Shown here: in pieces, positions 23,471 to 35,640 of the stretch | Layout: every line of letters begins with the position of its first letter | Position numbering within the stretch: the stretch's first letter is position 1 | Assembly: GCA_013239625.1 (NCBI GenBank) | Contig: MU053487.1 | Coordinates: forward strand, 639,058 to 703,057 | DNA: 64,000 bases | Source of the DNA: Lama guanicoe | Lineage: Eukaryota | Reading direction: 5' to 3' | Program-made: the position numbers and the translations under genes | The notes under the pieces: generated by a model | What the model saw: the letters and a program-made list of their open reading frames with translations, nothing else | What the model was told of the DNA's origin: nothing | Databases searched by the model: none

Positions 23471-24449
23471 TTTCATTACTACTGAGAACTTCCAAAGGAT
23501 ATACAGGAAATCAGAATGCCAGAACCCAGGGTGAAGAAGATGGAGTTGTAAGAATGCCACAAATTCAGGAGGAATGTGAGAACAGTGTTTGGAAGGTGGA
23601 ATTAGCAGCTGATTGTTGGCAGGGTTTTGAATCAGACTTCCTTTTCTCAAAGAACAATGGGATTAAAGCTGGCAGGCAAATGACTAGCTGAACCGGAGAT
23701 AAACTGGTAGTGTGTCTGTGGCGGAACAGATGAGCGGGAGGTGGGCAAGCAGGGATGGGGGGCCGAGAGATGCATCCGACAGACCTTGACTCAACAGCTC
23801 CGTTCTGCAGTTCTCACTTTCAGGATTCCTTGAAGTGTTTGGGCTACAGGAACAAGTCAGATGGACCGAGATGTCCTGGCTGATGGATAAACCTGTAGTT
23901 ACAGTGGCCCAGGGACACTCAGCCTTTGAGGATGTCAGTGTAGTACCCAGCACTGGGAAGTTTATAAAGTGCTTTCTCATGAGGTCTTATTTGTGCCTTC
24001 AGAGGAACCTCTGCAGGGCACTTGTCACGAAGACCGGACAGACCTATCACCCGAATGTCCCCTTCTCTCCCTATGAGGAAACCACGCGGTAATCAATTCC
24101 TCATAAATTTCCCTGCTAAAATGGGCCACAATTCCAGTGCTTAATGGCATCAGGCTAATAGTCGGGCAGCCACTGAGTAGGTGGACTCTTAGGGCCAAGG
24201 TCTCCCCATCTTGAGATGTGGACTGTCAACCGTTGCCCCTCTGACCCTGGGTGTTCCGGATTCCAGGTGGAGTTCCCTCCCCCTTCCCAGGGACACTTCT
24301 TTTGTCGATGTTCCTGTTTGTGTTTTGAATTAATGCCACAGATACAAATGGAGCTCATTTGTTTCTCTCTTTGCAGCTGGCGGAGGAAACATTTTTGTCT
24401 CTGAGGTGCCATTTGCAACTGACCTCATGCATTATTTATTGGTTTTATA

Positions 24450-24630
24450 ATTTAGCCCAGCCTTTCAGATGCCCGCAGGATGTCACCTGCTCATCGGTAT
24501 TATTATCTGCGGTTTATAAATAAGGAAACAAGGCTTAAGAAGTCAGGACATGGGTTTTACAGGGTCACACAGCCAGTAAAGAGGGGAGACCCCGAGGCAG
24601 GTTTTTTGACTCCAAACTCCGGGTTCTTTC
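24450..24630 (-). mobile_element. MIR SINE
   Basis: ggtattattatc...aaataaggaaacaaggcttaag...agggtcacacagccagtaaa...tgactccaaactcc. Confidence 0.7.
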
Positions 24631-26851
24631 CACTCCCACGCCTGCCCCCATGACTGGTTCCCTGGGGAGTCACACTCAGGGACTCCCATTTTACTGTCGT
24701 TTTTATTAAGCAGTCACGTCTGGATGTGCTATGTTGTTGAGTGAGGCTGGGCTGTGATGAAAGGGGATGCTTAGGGGCCAAACAAAGAAGAGGTAAACTT
24801 TAGGAAGCAAGCAAAGCAGGAGTGTGGTGGTGTTGTGTTCTTCCTCCCATCTTGAGAGAAAATGAGTTATTTAGTGACATGGGAGACTCGAAATGCAGGT
24901 GCATAAATGGATGAGGCCATGCCCAGCCCCTCTCTCCAGCTCTGTTCCCAGGCTACACTGGCCACATCTTTGTCCATCATCTTTTCTTCACTGGGGTATC
25001 TCTCCCCCTCCAATAATGGCTGCTTGGCCGAGTGACAGAGGCTGCTGTCCCGCCATCAACAACACTTAGAGGTGGCAGGAGGCAGACCCCAGAGGTCTGG
25101 AACACCAGCAGGAGTGGCCCCCACAATGACACACACCCTGATTCATGTTCCATCTAAAGCTAGAGGTTGATCAACGGTTTAAACATGTGATTAGGTATGA
25201 TGTGTATGCCATTCAGACAGAGCATCCTCTAGTATACTCTCTTGTGTCTTTCCACCTCTACTCATGCCTGGGGCTTTCTTGACATCCCCCATCCTCCTAT
25301 AGATGGCCTCTTTGGACCCCAGAAGTGTTCATCGTTTTGCTCCACTGGAGTGTTCATCATTGCCTGCCTTGGGCCCTGGCAAGTCTCCTCCTCTCCCATT
25401 AGCAGGAGAGCCAGTGAGTTAATGAATGTGTTAGCCCACATCTCATCTCCAAGGATCAAAGAGAGAGGCATCGTCTCGTACCTGCTCTGGCTAGTTCATT
25501 CCTGCTGTGCCGCACATTCAAAACAACCACCACAAAAGGTGAAATTAACTCTGCAAGACCAAGACCCAGATTTGCAACGATGTTCGACAAATCTTCACCG
25601 AACTCATACCATGGCCAGACTCTCGGAGTGGGCAGGTACCATGGGGGAATAAAAGTGTGATGTCAGCACTCAAGCTCTGTGCCTGAACCTGAGCAGCTCC
25701 AAAGGGGACCGGTTCTTTTCTTCCTTCCTTGATTCTGAGGACAAGTCATGGATGCCTGGCCTAGTGGTGGTGATGTGATGGAACTGTCAGTGTCCTGAGC
25801 AGAGGTGCTGGGGAAGGAGTTGGGAAAGTTCCCTGGGGCAGTATGGGCAATAGACTGATGACCACGCTGCCCACTGGACTGCATAGCAGCCTTCAGAACC
25901 CAGATGATGCTCTTCTGCCTTTCTCTAGAAGTGGTTAAAGTGTCTGTATTCCAGCATCTCAGTTCCACCACTGCTTGGCATTCACACTGCGGCTTCAGTT
26001 TTCCCCAGGGCCCCTGCATGGCCATCAAGAAAGCTTGTCCACAAAGAGGAACCTATTCTAGCCTTTGCCTCTGGGATCTAACAGTATTCTGCTGGCCTAT
26101 CGATTGGAAAGCTAGGAGGCTTCTGACTTACACTGTGATGGGAGAGGGAGTGGAAAGTGTTACCAGGGAGACTGGCTTGATGACCAGGGGTCAGGATGAC
26201 CAGAGGCCCCATGAAGACGGCTTGAACCAGCTTGGCTTCTTTCATAATTCCATGCGCTCCCCCAAAGTCTGGGCTGGAACCCACTATGAAGGAACCAAGC
26301 AAGTCAAAAATCTCTCTAAAGAGATTCTGAATGATATCTCTTTACTGATTATACTATAGAAAAACATCCAGAGAGAAATGACTCATTATTTCTTATTAAG
26401 TTTAAAGGACTCTTTCTGGGTTTATAAATAAATTCTTCATCACTCACTTGAAGGTAATAAAGCTTGTAAATTTTCTGCTCTGAAGTTTTATGTCCCCGCT
26501 TGCCTTTCTCTGCCATCCAGCTGTGTCTAGCTTTACCTTACCCACCACCAGTTGGTGTGTGTTTAAGAAATGAAAAATAATTTTAATATTTGCCAAAGTG
26601 AAATATAATTAGGTTGGTAAATCTGCTGTTTAAAAGGGCATGAACAAAATCCCCAGACTAAACAGAAGTTATTTCTGGATTGTCTTCTGTTTTCAATTAT
26701 TTCTATAATCTATCTCTTCTATTACCATGGGTAATCAGAAATTGATTGTATTTTCAATAAAACCAAGCCAAAACAGGACAAAGTAAACAAAAAAACCACA
26801 CTGGGGACAAGGCAGGAGGAAAAAATGTGAATAATCCACATAGTTGCTTTG

Positions 26852-26922
26852 TCCATCATCCATCTCTTTATCCATCCATACGTCTGCCCATCCGTCCATC
26901 CATCCATCCACCCATCCACCCA
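26852..26922. repeat. Imperfect (TCCA)n microsatellite
   Basis: tccatccatccatccacccatccaccca is directly visible. Confidence 0.85.
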
Positions 26923-27068
26923 GTGTAAGTGTGTCTATGTATGCAAGGCTTGATTCTGGGATTTGCGTATCAGAGTAGAAATCCCACAATCTTCAATGCC
27001 ACACTGACCTAAGTTAGAATCATAGTTACAAATTTATGCTGGTTGTGTGACCTACAAAACTCAATCTT

Positions 27069-27669
27069 TTAAAAAATTTATTGTTACTGAAGTATAGTTA
27101 ATTTACAAAGTTGTGTTAGTTTCAGATGTACAGCAAAGTGATTCGGTCATATATATATATGCCCCCACACAGATATATATTCTTTTTCAGATTCTTTTGT
27201 CCATTATAAGCTATTACAAAATATGGAATATCTGTTAATCCCTGAATCCTAATTTATCCCTCCCCTCCCACCCCTTTCCCCTTTGGTAACCACAGTTTGT
27301 TTTCTATGTCTGTGAGTCTATTTCCAATTTGTAAATAAATTTATTTGTATCATTATTTTTAAAATTCCACATATAAGTGATGTTATATGATCATTGTTTC
27401 TCTCTGTCTAACTTACTTCACTTAATATGGTACTCTCTAGGTGCATCCATATTGCTGCAAATGGCATTATTTCATTCTTTTTTATGGCTGAGTAGTATTC
27501 CATTGTATGTATGTATATGTGTGTTTGTGTATATGTATGTATATACATACATACCACATCTTCTTTATCCACTCATCTATCAATGGACATTTAGGTGGCT
27601 TCCATATCTTGGCTATTATATATAGCGCTACTGTGAACATTGGGGTGCATGTATCTTTTCAAGTTAGAG
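27069..27669 (-). mobile_element. Cetartiodactyl L1 3' end inserted into a MIR
   Basis: L1 3'UTR signature; TSD TACAAAA(C/T)TCA(A/G)TCTT at 27053-27068 and 27670-27685 (14/16). Confidence 0.9.
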
Positions 27670-28363
27670 TACAAAATTCAGTCTTAGCAGCCTCATGTTG
27701 CTCATATGTTAAATTTCTCAAATCCCTTCCCCATAAGGCTTTCTGTACCTGGAACAGTGCCTGGTACCTAAGAGTTCTATGAATGTTCGTTGTTTCCCTT
27801 GTTTCACTCTTTCTTATGTAGTCCCTGATTTATTGATATGCAAACTTTAAGGAAAGTCACTTTGAAATGGAGCTTTCCATTTTGCATGACCTTCCCACCT
27901 TGCCGTTGTGTTAAGAGAAGTAATCAAAGAAAATTACAGTAGACAAAATGGCAAACAAGAGGGCACAAGGCATCTTGAATGTTAATGAAATCCAAAGATT
28001 TCTCAGTTCCTCAGAAGACAGTACTCAGGTGTGCAGGGCTGGAGCGTCCTGGGGACTTGGTCAAGATGAATGTCCGTGAGATGCCACCTGCACATTCTGT
28101 TGCACTGAGCTGGTCTTGGGGAGCTGCTGCCCACGATGTCAGCTCTGCTATCTGGAGATTCCTTGGGGTGCTGTCTCATTAGATATGCGGACTCAACTTC
28201 AGCAACAGGTGTGGTTTCCCATTCCCGTCCCAGAGCTCATCAGGACTAATCTCATCATGCTTCCCAACCTGGTTTGCTTCAGTGACTGCTGAACGCCTGA
28301 GTTCCCTGGCATTCTCTCCTCAGCTGGACTTGTATCCCTTCTGGTTCTGTTCATCCTCTGTTC

Positions 28364-28558
28364 CAGGGTTTCTGGCACTGTTGACATTTTAGGGTGCATA
28401 ACTCTTTGTTTCAGAGGGCGGATCTGTGCAAGTTTAGCATCCCTGGCCTCTCTCCACTGGATGCCAGTCACTCCCCCTCAGTTATGACAAGCAGAGATGT
28501 CTCTAGACATTTCCAAATGTTCCTAGGGGGCAAAAGTGCACCTGGTTGAGAACTGCGG
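28364..28558 (-). mobile_element. MER20 (hAT-Charlie)
   Basis: cagggtttct..ggcactgttgacatttt...tttagcatccctggcctctctccactggatgccag...agacatttccaaatgttcctagggggcaaaa..cctggttgagaac. Confidence 0.9.
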
Positions 28559-28579
28559 CTGAAATATAACCTACATCTT

Positions 28580-29030
28580 CCACTGTGCCCTCTGGAAATG
28601 TCGTCTTTTGGAACCTCATCTTTAACTTCTTTTCCGGATTTTCCTGCCTCTCTTCTCTGTTTGAAACTTGGTTATCCCTTGGTTGTCTCAAATGGGGACT
28701 GTTTCTTCTCCAGTACCTACCAGGAGGTTGGGTAGTTTTGCTCCTTGCTCCCCACTGCTGCACTGAAACAGGCATTTTCTATCCTGCCCACAAAAATCTG
28801 CTCCTTTGAAGCTCATGCCACCTGGTAATGCTATCCTTTCTTCCTCCTTGATGCATCATCCACTGACTGCCCCATCTTTCTCCCTCATTCATGGGGCAGT
28901 GTGGTACCTGGCTTAGTCTCTTATTCCTCTCCTTAACATAGTCAGCATTCCCAGTGTCTTCTGCATCCATACTGATGACTCATCCAGCACCATGGCCTCT
29001 CGGTTCCTGATCTTCTCTTCACTGACCTTT
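28580..29030 (+). mobile_element. L2 ORF2 endonuclease-region fragment
   Basis: gaaacttggtt...ggaggttgggtag..ctccttgctccccactgc...tcctttgaagctcatgcca...catccagcaccatggcctctcggttcctga. Confidence 0.7.
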
Positions 29031-29039
29031 TAATTTTGC

Positions 29040-29480
29040 AAATGAATGAAGGAATGCTGATGACTTGCCAGGCACTCTTCTAAACCCCAGGGCTATAAGA
29101 ATAATGGGATAGACAAAACCTCTGCCCTCAGGGAATTTACATTAAAAGGGTGGAGAGGTGCGAACAATAAGTGAACAAGAAAGTCTCATTTGACATTTGC
29201 TGTTAAAGGGATACACAGACTCTTGTGGGTAAGGAATGATGGACTGAAGGGGTTAGTTTGCATAGGGAGTGAAAGAAGTCCTCTCTGAGATGCTGAAACG
29301 TTGAGGGGCTCACCACGCAGAGAGCCAGAGAGGAACAATTCAGGAAGAAGAAACCAGTAGTCCAAAAGTCTTTGGGGTGCTAATGAGCATGGAATGTTCA
29401 AGGGGTAGAAAGTTGGCATAAGTGAGTAGAGAGGTTGGTATTGGATGAGGTAAATTTGGGAGGCTGAGGTGTGTGCCTTT
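29040..29480 (-). mobile_element. L2 3' region
   Basis: tgccaggcactcttctaa...agacaaaacctctgccctcagggaatttacatt...gcatggaatgttcaagg. Confidence 0.75.
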
Positions 29481-29610
29481 GTTGATTTGACTGTTTGTAT
29501 CTTATGTGCACAAAACTGAGTTGATCCTTCTCCTCAGTTCATTATACACTATCATTGCTGGTCTGTGGCTGCTCTCTTTTAAAATTTTAAATATATTATT
29601 TGCCCATTTT

Positions 29611-29786
29611 TTAATTTTAATTTTTTTTGGTGGGGGGAGGTGATTAGGTTTACTTATTTATTTATTCTTAGAGGAAGTACTGGGGATTGAACCCAGGACC
29701 TCATGCATGCTATGCATACGCCCTACCCTCCCTCCCCTTTTAAAAATTTTTTATTTGTATTTGTATTTTTTTTTGCTGGGGGGAGG
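29611..29786 (-). mobile_element. Camelid tRNA-derived SINE with an extra SINE tail at its 5' side
   Basis: ggggggaggtgattaggttt...gtactggggattgaacccaggacctcatgcatgct; TSD TTATTT(G/C)CCCATTTT at 29596-29610 and 29787-29801. Confidence 0.88.
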
Positions 29787-29809
29787 TTATTTCCCCATTT
29801 TGTCTCTAA

Positions 29810-30350
29810 TTTCCAACCCAATTCCCCCACCTCCCATATACTTCCATTTTGGTGTACTTACCTTTTGTATATATGCTTCCATTCTACTTTTCACACATCC
29901 ATTTACACACGTGTATCCATGTTTGCTGTATTTTGAAGTATTTTAATGAATGATACTGTGCAATCGATCTTGCTCTGTTCTTTACATTTTCGTTCAACTT
30001 AGGTTCTTGAGATCTCTCCATATTGCTCTATGTGTCTAGTTAATTTTATTTGCTTGGTGCATAATATTCCATCGTGTGTACCTACAGCTTTCAATTATCC
30101 TTTTCTCAACTCATAGCTACCTAAGTTGTTCAAGTTATTTGCCACAATAAACACTGTACATATTCTCCCTGGTGAAAGCTTCTGTGGGATGCGTCCCTAA
30201 ATGTGGGAATGTTAAGTCATAAAATATAAGCATTGTTTAATTTTGCTAAGTACTGCTAGTTTGATCTCCCCAATTCTATACCTGTGTACACATTCACAGA
30301 CAGAGTATCGTTTTCTATGTATTTACCAACAGTTCAGTGTAAAATTCTCC
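29810..30350 (-). mobile_element. Ancient L1 (L1ME-like) 3' region
   Basis: ttgagatctctccatattgct...aatattccatcgtgtgta...ccctaaatgtgggaatgttaagtcata. Confidence 0.7.
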
Positions 30351-30389
30351 CACAGTGTGGGGCTTTATTCTCAGAATGCTCAGCCACAT

Positions 30390-31755
30390 TCGCCATCCTC
30401 TCAATTTTCTCTTCCTAAAGAAATAGCTTCACATTTTTGTCCTGCTCTATTCTGAACTGGTTGCTCTCCATGGCTGTTGGGCAGCCATCATCTGAGATCT
30501 CCTTTCACCATCGCCCTGGGGATTTCCTTCTCTTGTTTCTTGCATTTCTGGGTTTTTAATCTCTTCCTCTGCCTTGGCATACTCTCTTGTTTTTGTGGAG
30601 CACATCCTCCAGTAGCTTTCTGAGAAATGACAGAAATTTTACTGGGAGTGCTCCATGTCTGAAAATGTCTGTAGTATCTTTGCAGTTAGTTAAAAGTTTT
30701 GGATATGAAATTCTTGTTTGGAAATCAGTTCCCTTCCGAGTCTGATGGCATTTCTTATTGAATTCTAGCCTCTACTGTTGCTGTTGAGGATTTCAGTACT
30801 GATTCTTGATACTTTGCGTGTGTAATTTTTTTCCTCCTGCTCAGGAACTTTAGCATCTTCTCTTTGTCCCCCAGTTTTGAAATTTTTAAATTATGGGTCT
30901 CGGTGTAGGTCTATTTTTATCTCATGTGCTGAGAACTTTGTGAGCCGTCTCAATTTGGAAGCACAAATCTTTCAGTGCTGGGACATTTTCTTGAATTATT
31001 TTATTGGTGATTTCTTTCCATCCTTGTTCTCTGTTCTCTCTTTCCAGAGTCCCTGCTGTTGGAGTTGAACCTCTTATCTTTTCCGTATCTTTGTCTTTTT
31101 GCTCTTCTTCCTGGGAGATTTCCTCAATTTTATCTGACAACACTTATAAGGGGTTTTAAATTTCTGTTGTCATGTTTTTATCTTCCAAAAGGCTCTTTTT
31201 TTTTGATTCTCTGAATATTTTTAAATGCATCCTGGTCTTGTTTAAAGACACAGTATTTTCTTTGACGATATTAATGATAGTTTAATTTTATACCTTCCTG
31301 CGTACACTCTGTTTCTCTAATTTTCCTCTCCACCTGGCCAATATGTTTTACTTTTTATTATTCATTTTAGGTTTCCTCAAATGTCTTGTTATCTTTGGTT
31401 GTCTGTTGGTGATTAAGAGAAACATCAGAAAGCACATTTGAAGCTCTATGTTGCTCTTCATGGCTTTCAGCAAAGACTGGGCTGTTTCACTGGGGAATTG
31501 CTAATAGCAGGATCTTTAGGTCTCTTCTTCTATTAGATTGGCTAGATTTCTCAGAGGTGTTTTAGTCTCCTGGTTAGAGGATTTATCCAGACTGGCAGTG
31601 TCCTGGGAGCTGAGGCAGGTCGAAAAGTCTGGGGAAGGAGGGTGGAATTTCAGCAGTCAGTGTGGATCTTGCAGTTAGTGCTTATAGTTTCGGTACAGAG
31701 TTGTCCCTCAATTTTCCCTGGTCTCCCCCAATCCAGGGATCCCACTTCTACCCTC
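30390..31755 (-). mobile_element. HAL1 (half-L1, ORF1-only) fossil
   Basis: ORF 30922..31143 (-) ..KIIQENVPALKDLCFQIETAHKVLS is L1/HAL1 ORF1p-like; ctattctgaactggttgctctc and gcacatcctccagtagctttctgagaaa are HAL1-type segments; no ORF2 follows. Confidence 0.75.
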
Positions 31756-31762
31756 TTTATAG

Positions 31763-32281
31763 CATTGGTCTTCAAAGTATGGTCTGTGGACTTTAAGGAG
31801 TCACTAAGACCCTCCCAGGGGATCAGCAAGATTAAAACTCTTTTCATAAAGATGCCAAGATTTCATTTGCCTTTCTCACTCTTGTTTTTTTTTTTTTTTA
31901 ATGAGTGTACAGTGAAGTTTTCCAGAGGCTACATGATGTGTGATAATCATGAGAGGGTGAATGCTGGAGCGCATAGAAGACCAACTATCTTATATTAAGC
32001 CAGCTATTAAGAAGATTTGAATAATGTAAAACAATGCTACTCTTCTCAGTAATTTGATTTAGAAATACAGCCATTTTTTAATAAAATAGATTGTTTAGGT
32101 TAATATATATTTACTGTTCTTTATCATTATTAAAAATAAATAAATATTTTTAAATGACTTGGTTTTGATTTCTCACATGATAAATATCAACATACGTAAT
32201 CCTCAAAATGTTTTTGGGGTCCTCAATAATTTTGAAGACTGTATAGTTGTCCTGAGAAATATAAACATTTGAGAATCGTTG
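31763..32281 (+). mobile_element. Charlie1b-like hAT DNA transposon, complete
   Basis: TIRs CATTGGTCTTCAAA and TTTGAGAATCGTTG; 8-bp TSD CTTTATAG (31755-31762) and CTTTAGAG (32282-32289); internal gagtgtacagtgaagttttccagaggctacatga. Confidence 0.9.
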
Positions 32282-32404
32282 CTTTAGAGAATGGCCAGGT
32301 GAAACTGGGGAGAGATTTGAGGATTCTGTCTTCTTTTTGAACGTAAGATCCATTTGCTTTTCTTCTCTCTTTTATCCCTTCCTGTCAGAGGTTCCTGTAC
32401 CGCG

Positions 32405-32575
32405 AACAGCAAAGCAGAGAGACAGACAGAGCCGTGTCCCTGAAGACACTGTTAAACGGATGAGTCCACCAGCCCTGAAGGCTGATGTGCCTCTAGAGAT
32501 GCTTCCTGTTATGTGAGATAATAATTTTCTTTGTTTGGTTTGATGTGATGGTTAATTGCAGCTGAAAACCCAATG
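32405..32575 (+). mobile_element. MaLR LTR 3' fragment (MLT1K-like)
   Basis: gtccctgaagacactgtt...cagccctgaagg...gttatgtgagataataatttt...ttgcagctgaaa. Confidence 0.6.
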
Positions 32576-32789
32576 GAGGCCAAGAGGGGAGAGTATTTTA
32601 AGAAGCTGGGAGCGATGGAGTCCGTACATGATGGGCACTGAAGGTCATCCTGGGACTGGGCTGCAGGGAGGCCGTAGGTGGTCCTGGCAGGTCATTTTCA
32701 ATGTGGTTGGTGGTGATGGTGGTGCATACTGGAGTAGCTCCTGGCAGACCCCCTCTCCTGCTCTTGTTCCTCTTTGTCTTTCTCTTTGT

Positions 32790-33720
32790 CTCCTTTATCT
32801 TCCTTCTCTGCTAGACCACAAGATGCTGGGGTTCTGCTCCGCTTGGTCTGTGCTTTCTTCCCCTCTTTCTATAGTCTTTTCCATGAAGTCATCCTTTCCC
32901 ATGGGTCCAAATGGCATTTTAGGCTGGTGTTATCCCAAACGTGTATTTCCAGCCCAGGTCTCTCTCTGTGTTCCAGATTCACATAGCTAACTGCTCACCT
33001 GACATCTCCAGTGGACTCTTTCCCCGATGCATTAGATTTAACTCCCTAAAGCCAGTGTGTTAGCCTACCCTGCGCCCTTCCCCGAGCTGTCCCTGTCTCT
33101 GTTCAGTGCCACCTTTCTTCCAGATGCTCAAGCCAGAAACTAAAGTGGCACTCTTGAGTCCCCTCTTTCCCTCACTCCCTGTTTCTAATGCACCCGGCAG
33201 TTTTGTCGATTCCATCTGCAAAATACAGCGGGGATCTAGTCTTCTTCCCTTGTCCAATACCATCTTCTTGACCCGTATCGCTAACATCTCTTTCCTGCAT
33301 GATTGCAAAAAAGCCTTTGTTGCTCTCCCTCCACCCAACAGTCAGACTGCTTCTAAAAAAATTCAGGGTAGCTCACGTTCTTCCTGCTTTAAATCTTCCC
33401 TCTGCTTTTGTCCCTAATATAGTAAAACCCAGACCCCCTCTGGCGACCCACAAGCCCTGCACGCTCTGGCCCCGCCGTCTTCTTAGCCTTATGGCACATG
33501 CTCCTTCTACCTTGGAAGCCCTTCCTTGGCTGGCTACTTCTGTTCCTACACACCTCAGCTTCAATGTCATTTCTTCAGCAAGGCATTTCCTCCTAATTTA
33601 CCTAAAGTCCATGTTGCATGTGATAATCTACTCAGCTCTTTGTTTTGTTTGATTTTTTAATTTAATTTATTTGTTTCATGGCATACATAACAATTCAGAT
33701 TCCTTTATATAAAACTATTT
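32790..33720 (+). mobile_element. L2 3' portion
   Basis: aactgctcacctgacatctccagtgga...cagatgctcaagccagaaac...tcagcttcaatgtcatttcttcag. Confidence 0.8.
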
Positions 33721-35199
33721 CTAAATATTCTGTGTTTGGCTGCACAGCAGGAAAGGTCTTACATTTATTTGCTAACTACTCTCTGGTAAGAGTTGGCTCC
33801 CATCAGGGCCTTGGCTCCCTTATATAGGGGCCCAGAATTTCTTAGAAGAGTTAAGTAACTCTTAGTAACTCAGGAGTTACTAATAGGAGAAATGCCAGAG
33901 ATTGACTCTGGGAACTCCAGATTAATAATTTTCAAACTTTTCCGATTGAACCCATTCGTGATTTATTTAATAACGTTAGATTCCCTTCAAAGATTCCGTC
34001 TTTTGCCTCAGATTTCCTGGGCATGTTACTGAACCAAATGTGTTGTGACTCCCCATTCTGATTGTTAATAACAGTGAGTCAGTAACCTGGTTCCCATCCT
34101 TTGGAGTTTGCAGATAAATTATATTTGAAAGGGTCCCCAGAGGGTTGGGGAGGGAAATAGGGACCCAGCCCTGGGGTTTCTGGCTCACGCAGCAGCTTTT
34201 GCTGGAAACCGGTGAGGTCAATGGTTGGGAGGCTGAGCTGATCTCTCGACAGTCACATGATGACAGCCTCAGAGTCTGTCAAAAGGGAGAGTCTTCAGCC
34301 TTGTTCTTTGGTTATATATACCTTTAAAAAGTTTATTTAAAACAAATTATATGGCAGATTTCTTCTCTCCTTCAATGGCACCGTGGAAGGCAGTTTAGCT
34401 GTGCCCCTCTTGGAGAGAGAGAGAGAGAGAAAGGGAGGGAGGGAAGGAGAAAAACAAGGAGATCTGAAAGATGAGTAATTACTTCCATCAGCAGGGAATC
34501 AGTACTCTTTGTCTGAACTGAGCCGGTACTGGGAGAGCCTGACTGTTTAATTTCCTTTAAACACCGTTTGCACATATTCAATGCTGAGAGGATCACTTTG
34601 GGACTTAGGGAGTGAAAGAGAAGTCAATGGAGGAAAAGGAGAGAAGTGACAGAGACTCTGAAGGCTGGGGAATGGGTGATGTTGAAGAGAGAGGTGTCAG
34701 TGTCTATTGGCAGCTGCTGGGGAGCCCAGAGACACGCACAGCCTGACACCCTTGCCCTCCCCAGTAACCTCTGAGCTGTGGAGGAGCCGGCAAGACCCAG
34801 GGTATGTCAGCTTTTGGGGACATGCTGTGGTCACTTCCTATAGTGAGTGATGGTTGCGTCACAGCCTCCAGGTGACTGTCATTCCTTGTCTGTAAGACAA
34901 GCAACTTGGGGGGCTGCATACATTTTCCCTGGCTGCCTCTTAGGGCGCTGCAGCTGCCAGGTGGTAAGTGAATGAGTACGCCCAGTAAACAGCCAAAGCA
35001 GGGTCTGGGGAACCTCAGGGCCCATGTGTCATTCATCCTATGTAACTGATGCTCTGGGAAAGTAGGGAGGAGGCAAAATGAATCCTGCAGGAGCTCCTGG
35101 ACCCCCCCTTGTTCTTTCCCCTTTGTCAGTGCCTGTGGTGTCTTCTGTCTACACTCCATCCCTTCATCCTGTTCTTCCGATAGGATTCGGTTTTAAAAT

Positions 35200-35640
35200 G
35201 AAGTCCCAAGGTGTGAAGCACTGCTATGTGCGAGGCCCTTAGCTACTTGCTAGGGACTCAGGAATCACAGTTTTGTAAAGGAGGCAGACCTGTTAAGAGT
35301 AGATATGGGCACATGACACAGGATACCGAGGAGGAAGGTGCTCTCTGCTGTGGGGGGGCCCTTGGTAGAGTCAGGTGAGTTTGATAGGGACACAGGTAGG
35401 GTGACGGCTTTCTAGGTAGAGGGAACAGCCTGTGCAAAGGCTGGGGAGTCTAAACAACAATCAGGGCTCAGGGCTGTCCAAGCAGTCTGAAGCGCTGGAG
35501 AGTGAAGTCAGGATGTATAGACTTGGCTTGAGGTCAAAGTTGTGGCTGAAGAACTTGGTAGAGACTCAGCCATAAAAGGCTTTAAGAAGATCAGCATACG
35601 AAGGGGTGAAGGTGCGATGAGACTTTAGTGTGATGTTTCT
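35200..35640 (-). mobile_element. L2 fragment
   Basis: ttctaggtagagggaacagcctgtgcaaaggctggggag. Confidence 0.65.

Noticed and set aside
23824..24092. Exon after the acceptor-like ttctcactttcAG (similarly at 54163)
   Set aside because: No convincing donor at a plausible distance and no recognisable peptide.
33818..33828. SRF CArG box
   Set aside because: CC-TTATATA-GG has seven A/T bases, not the canonical six.
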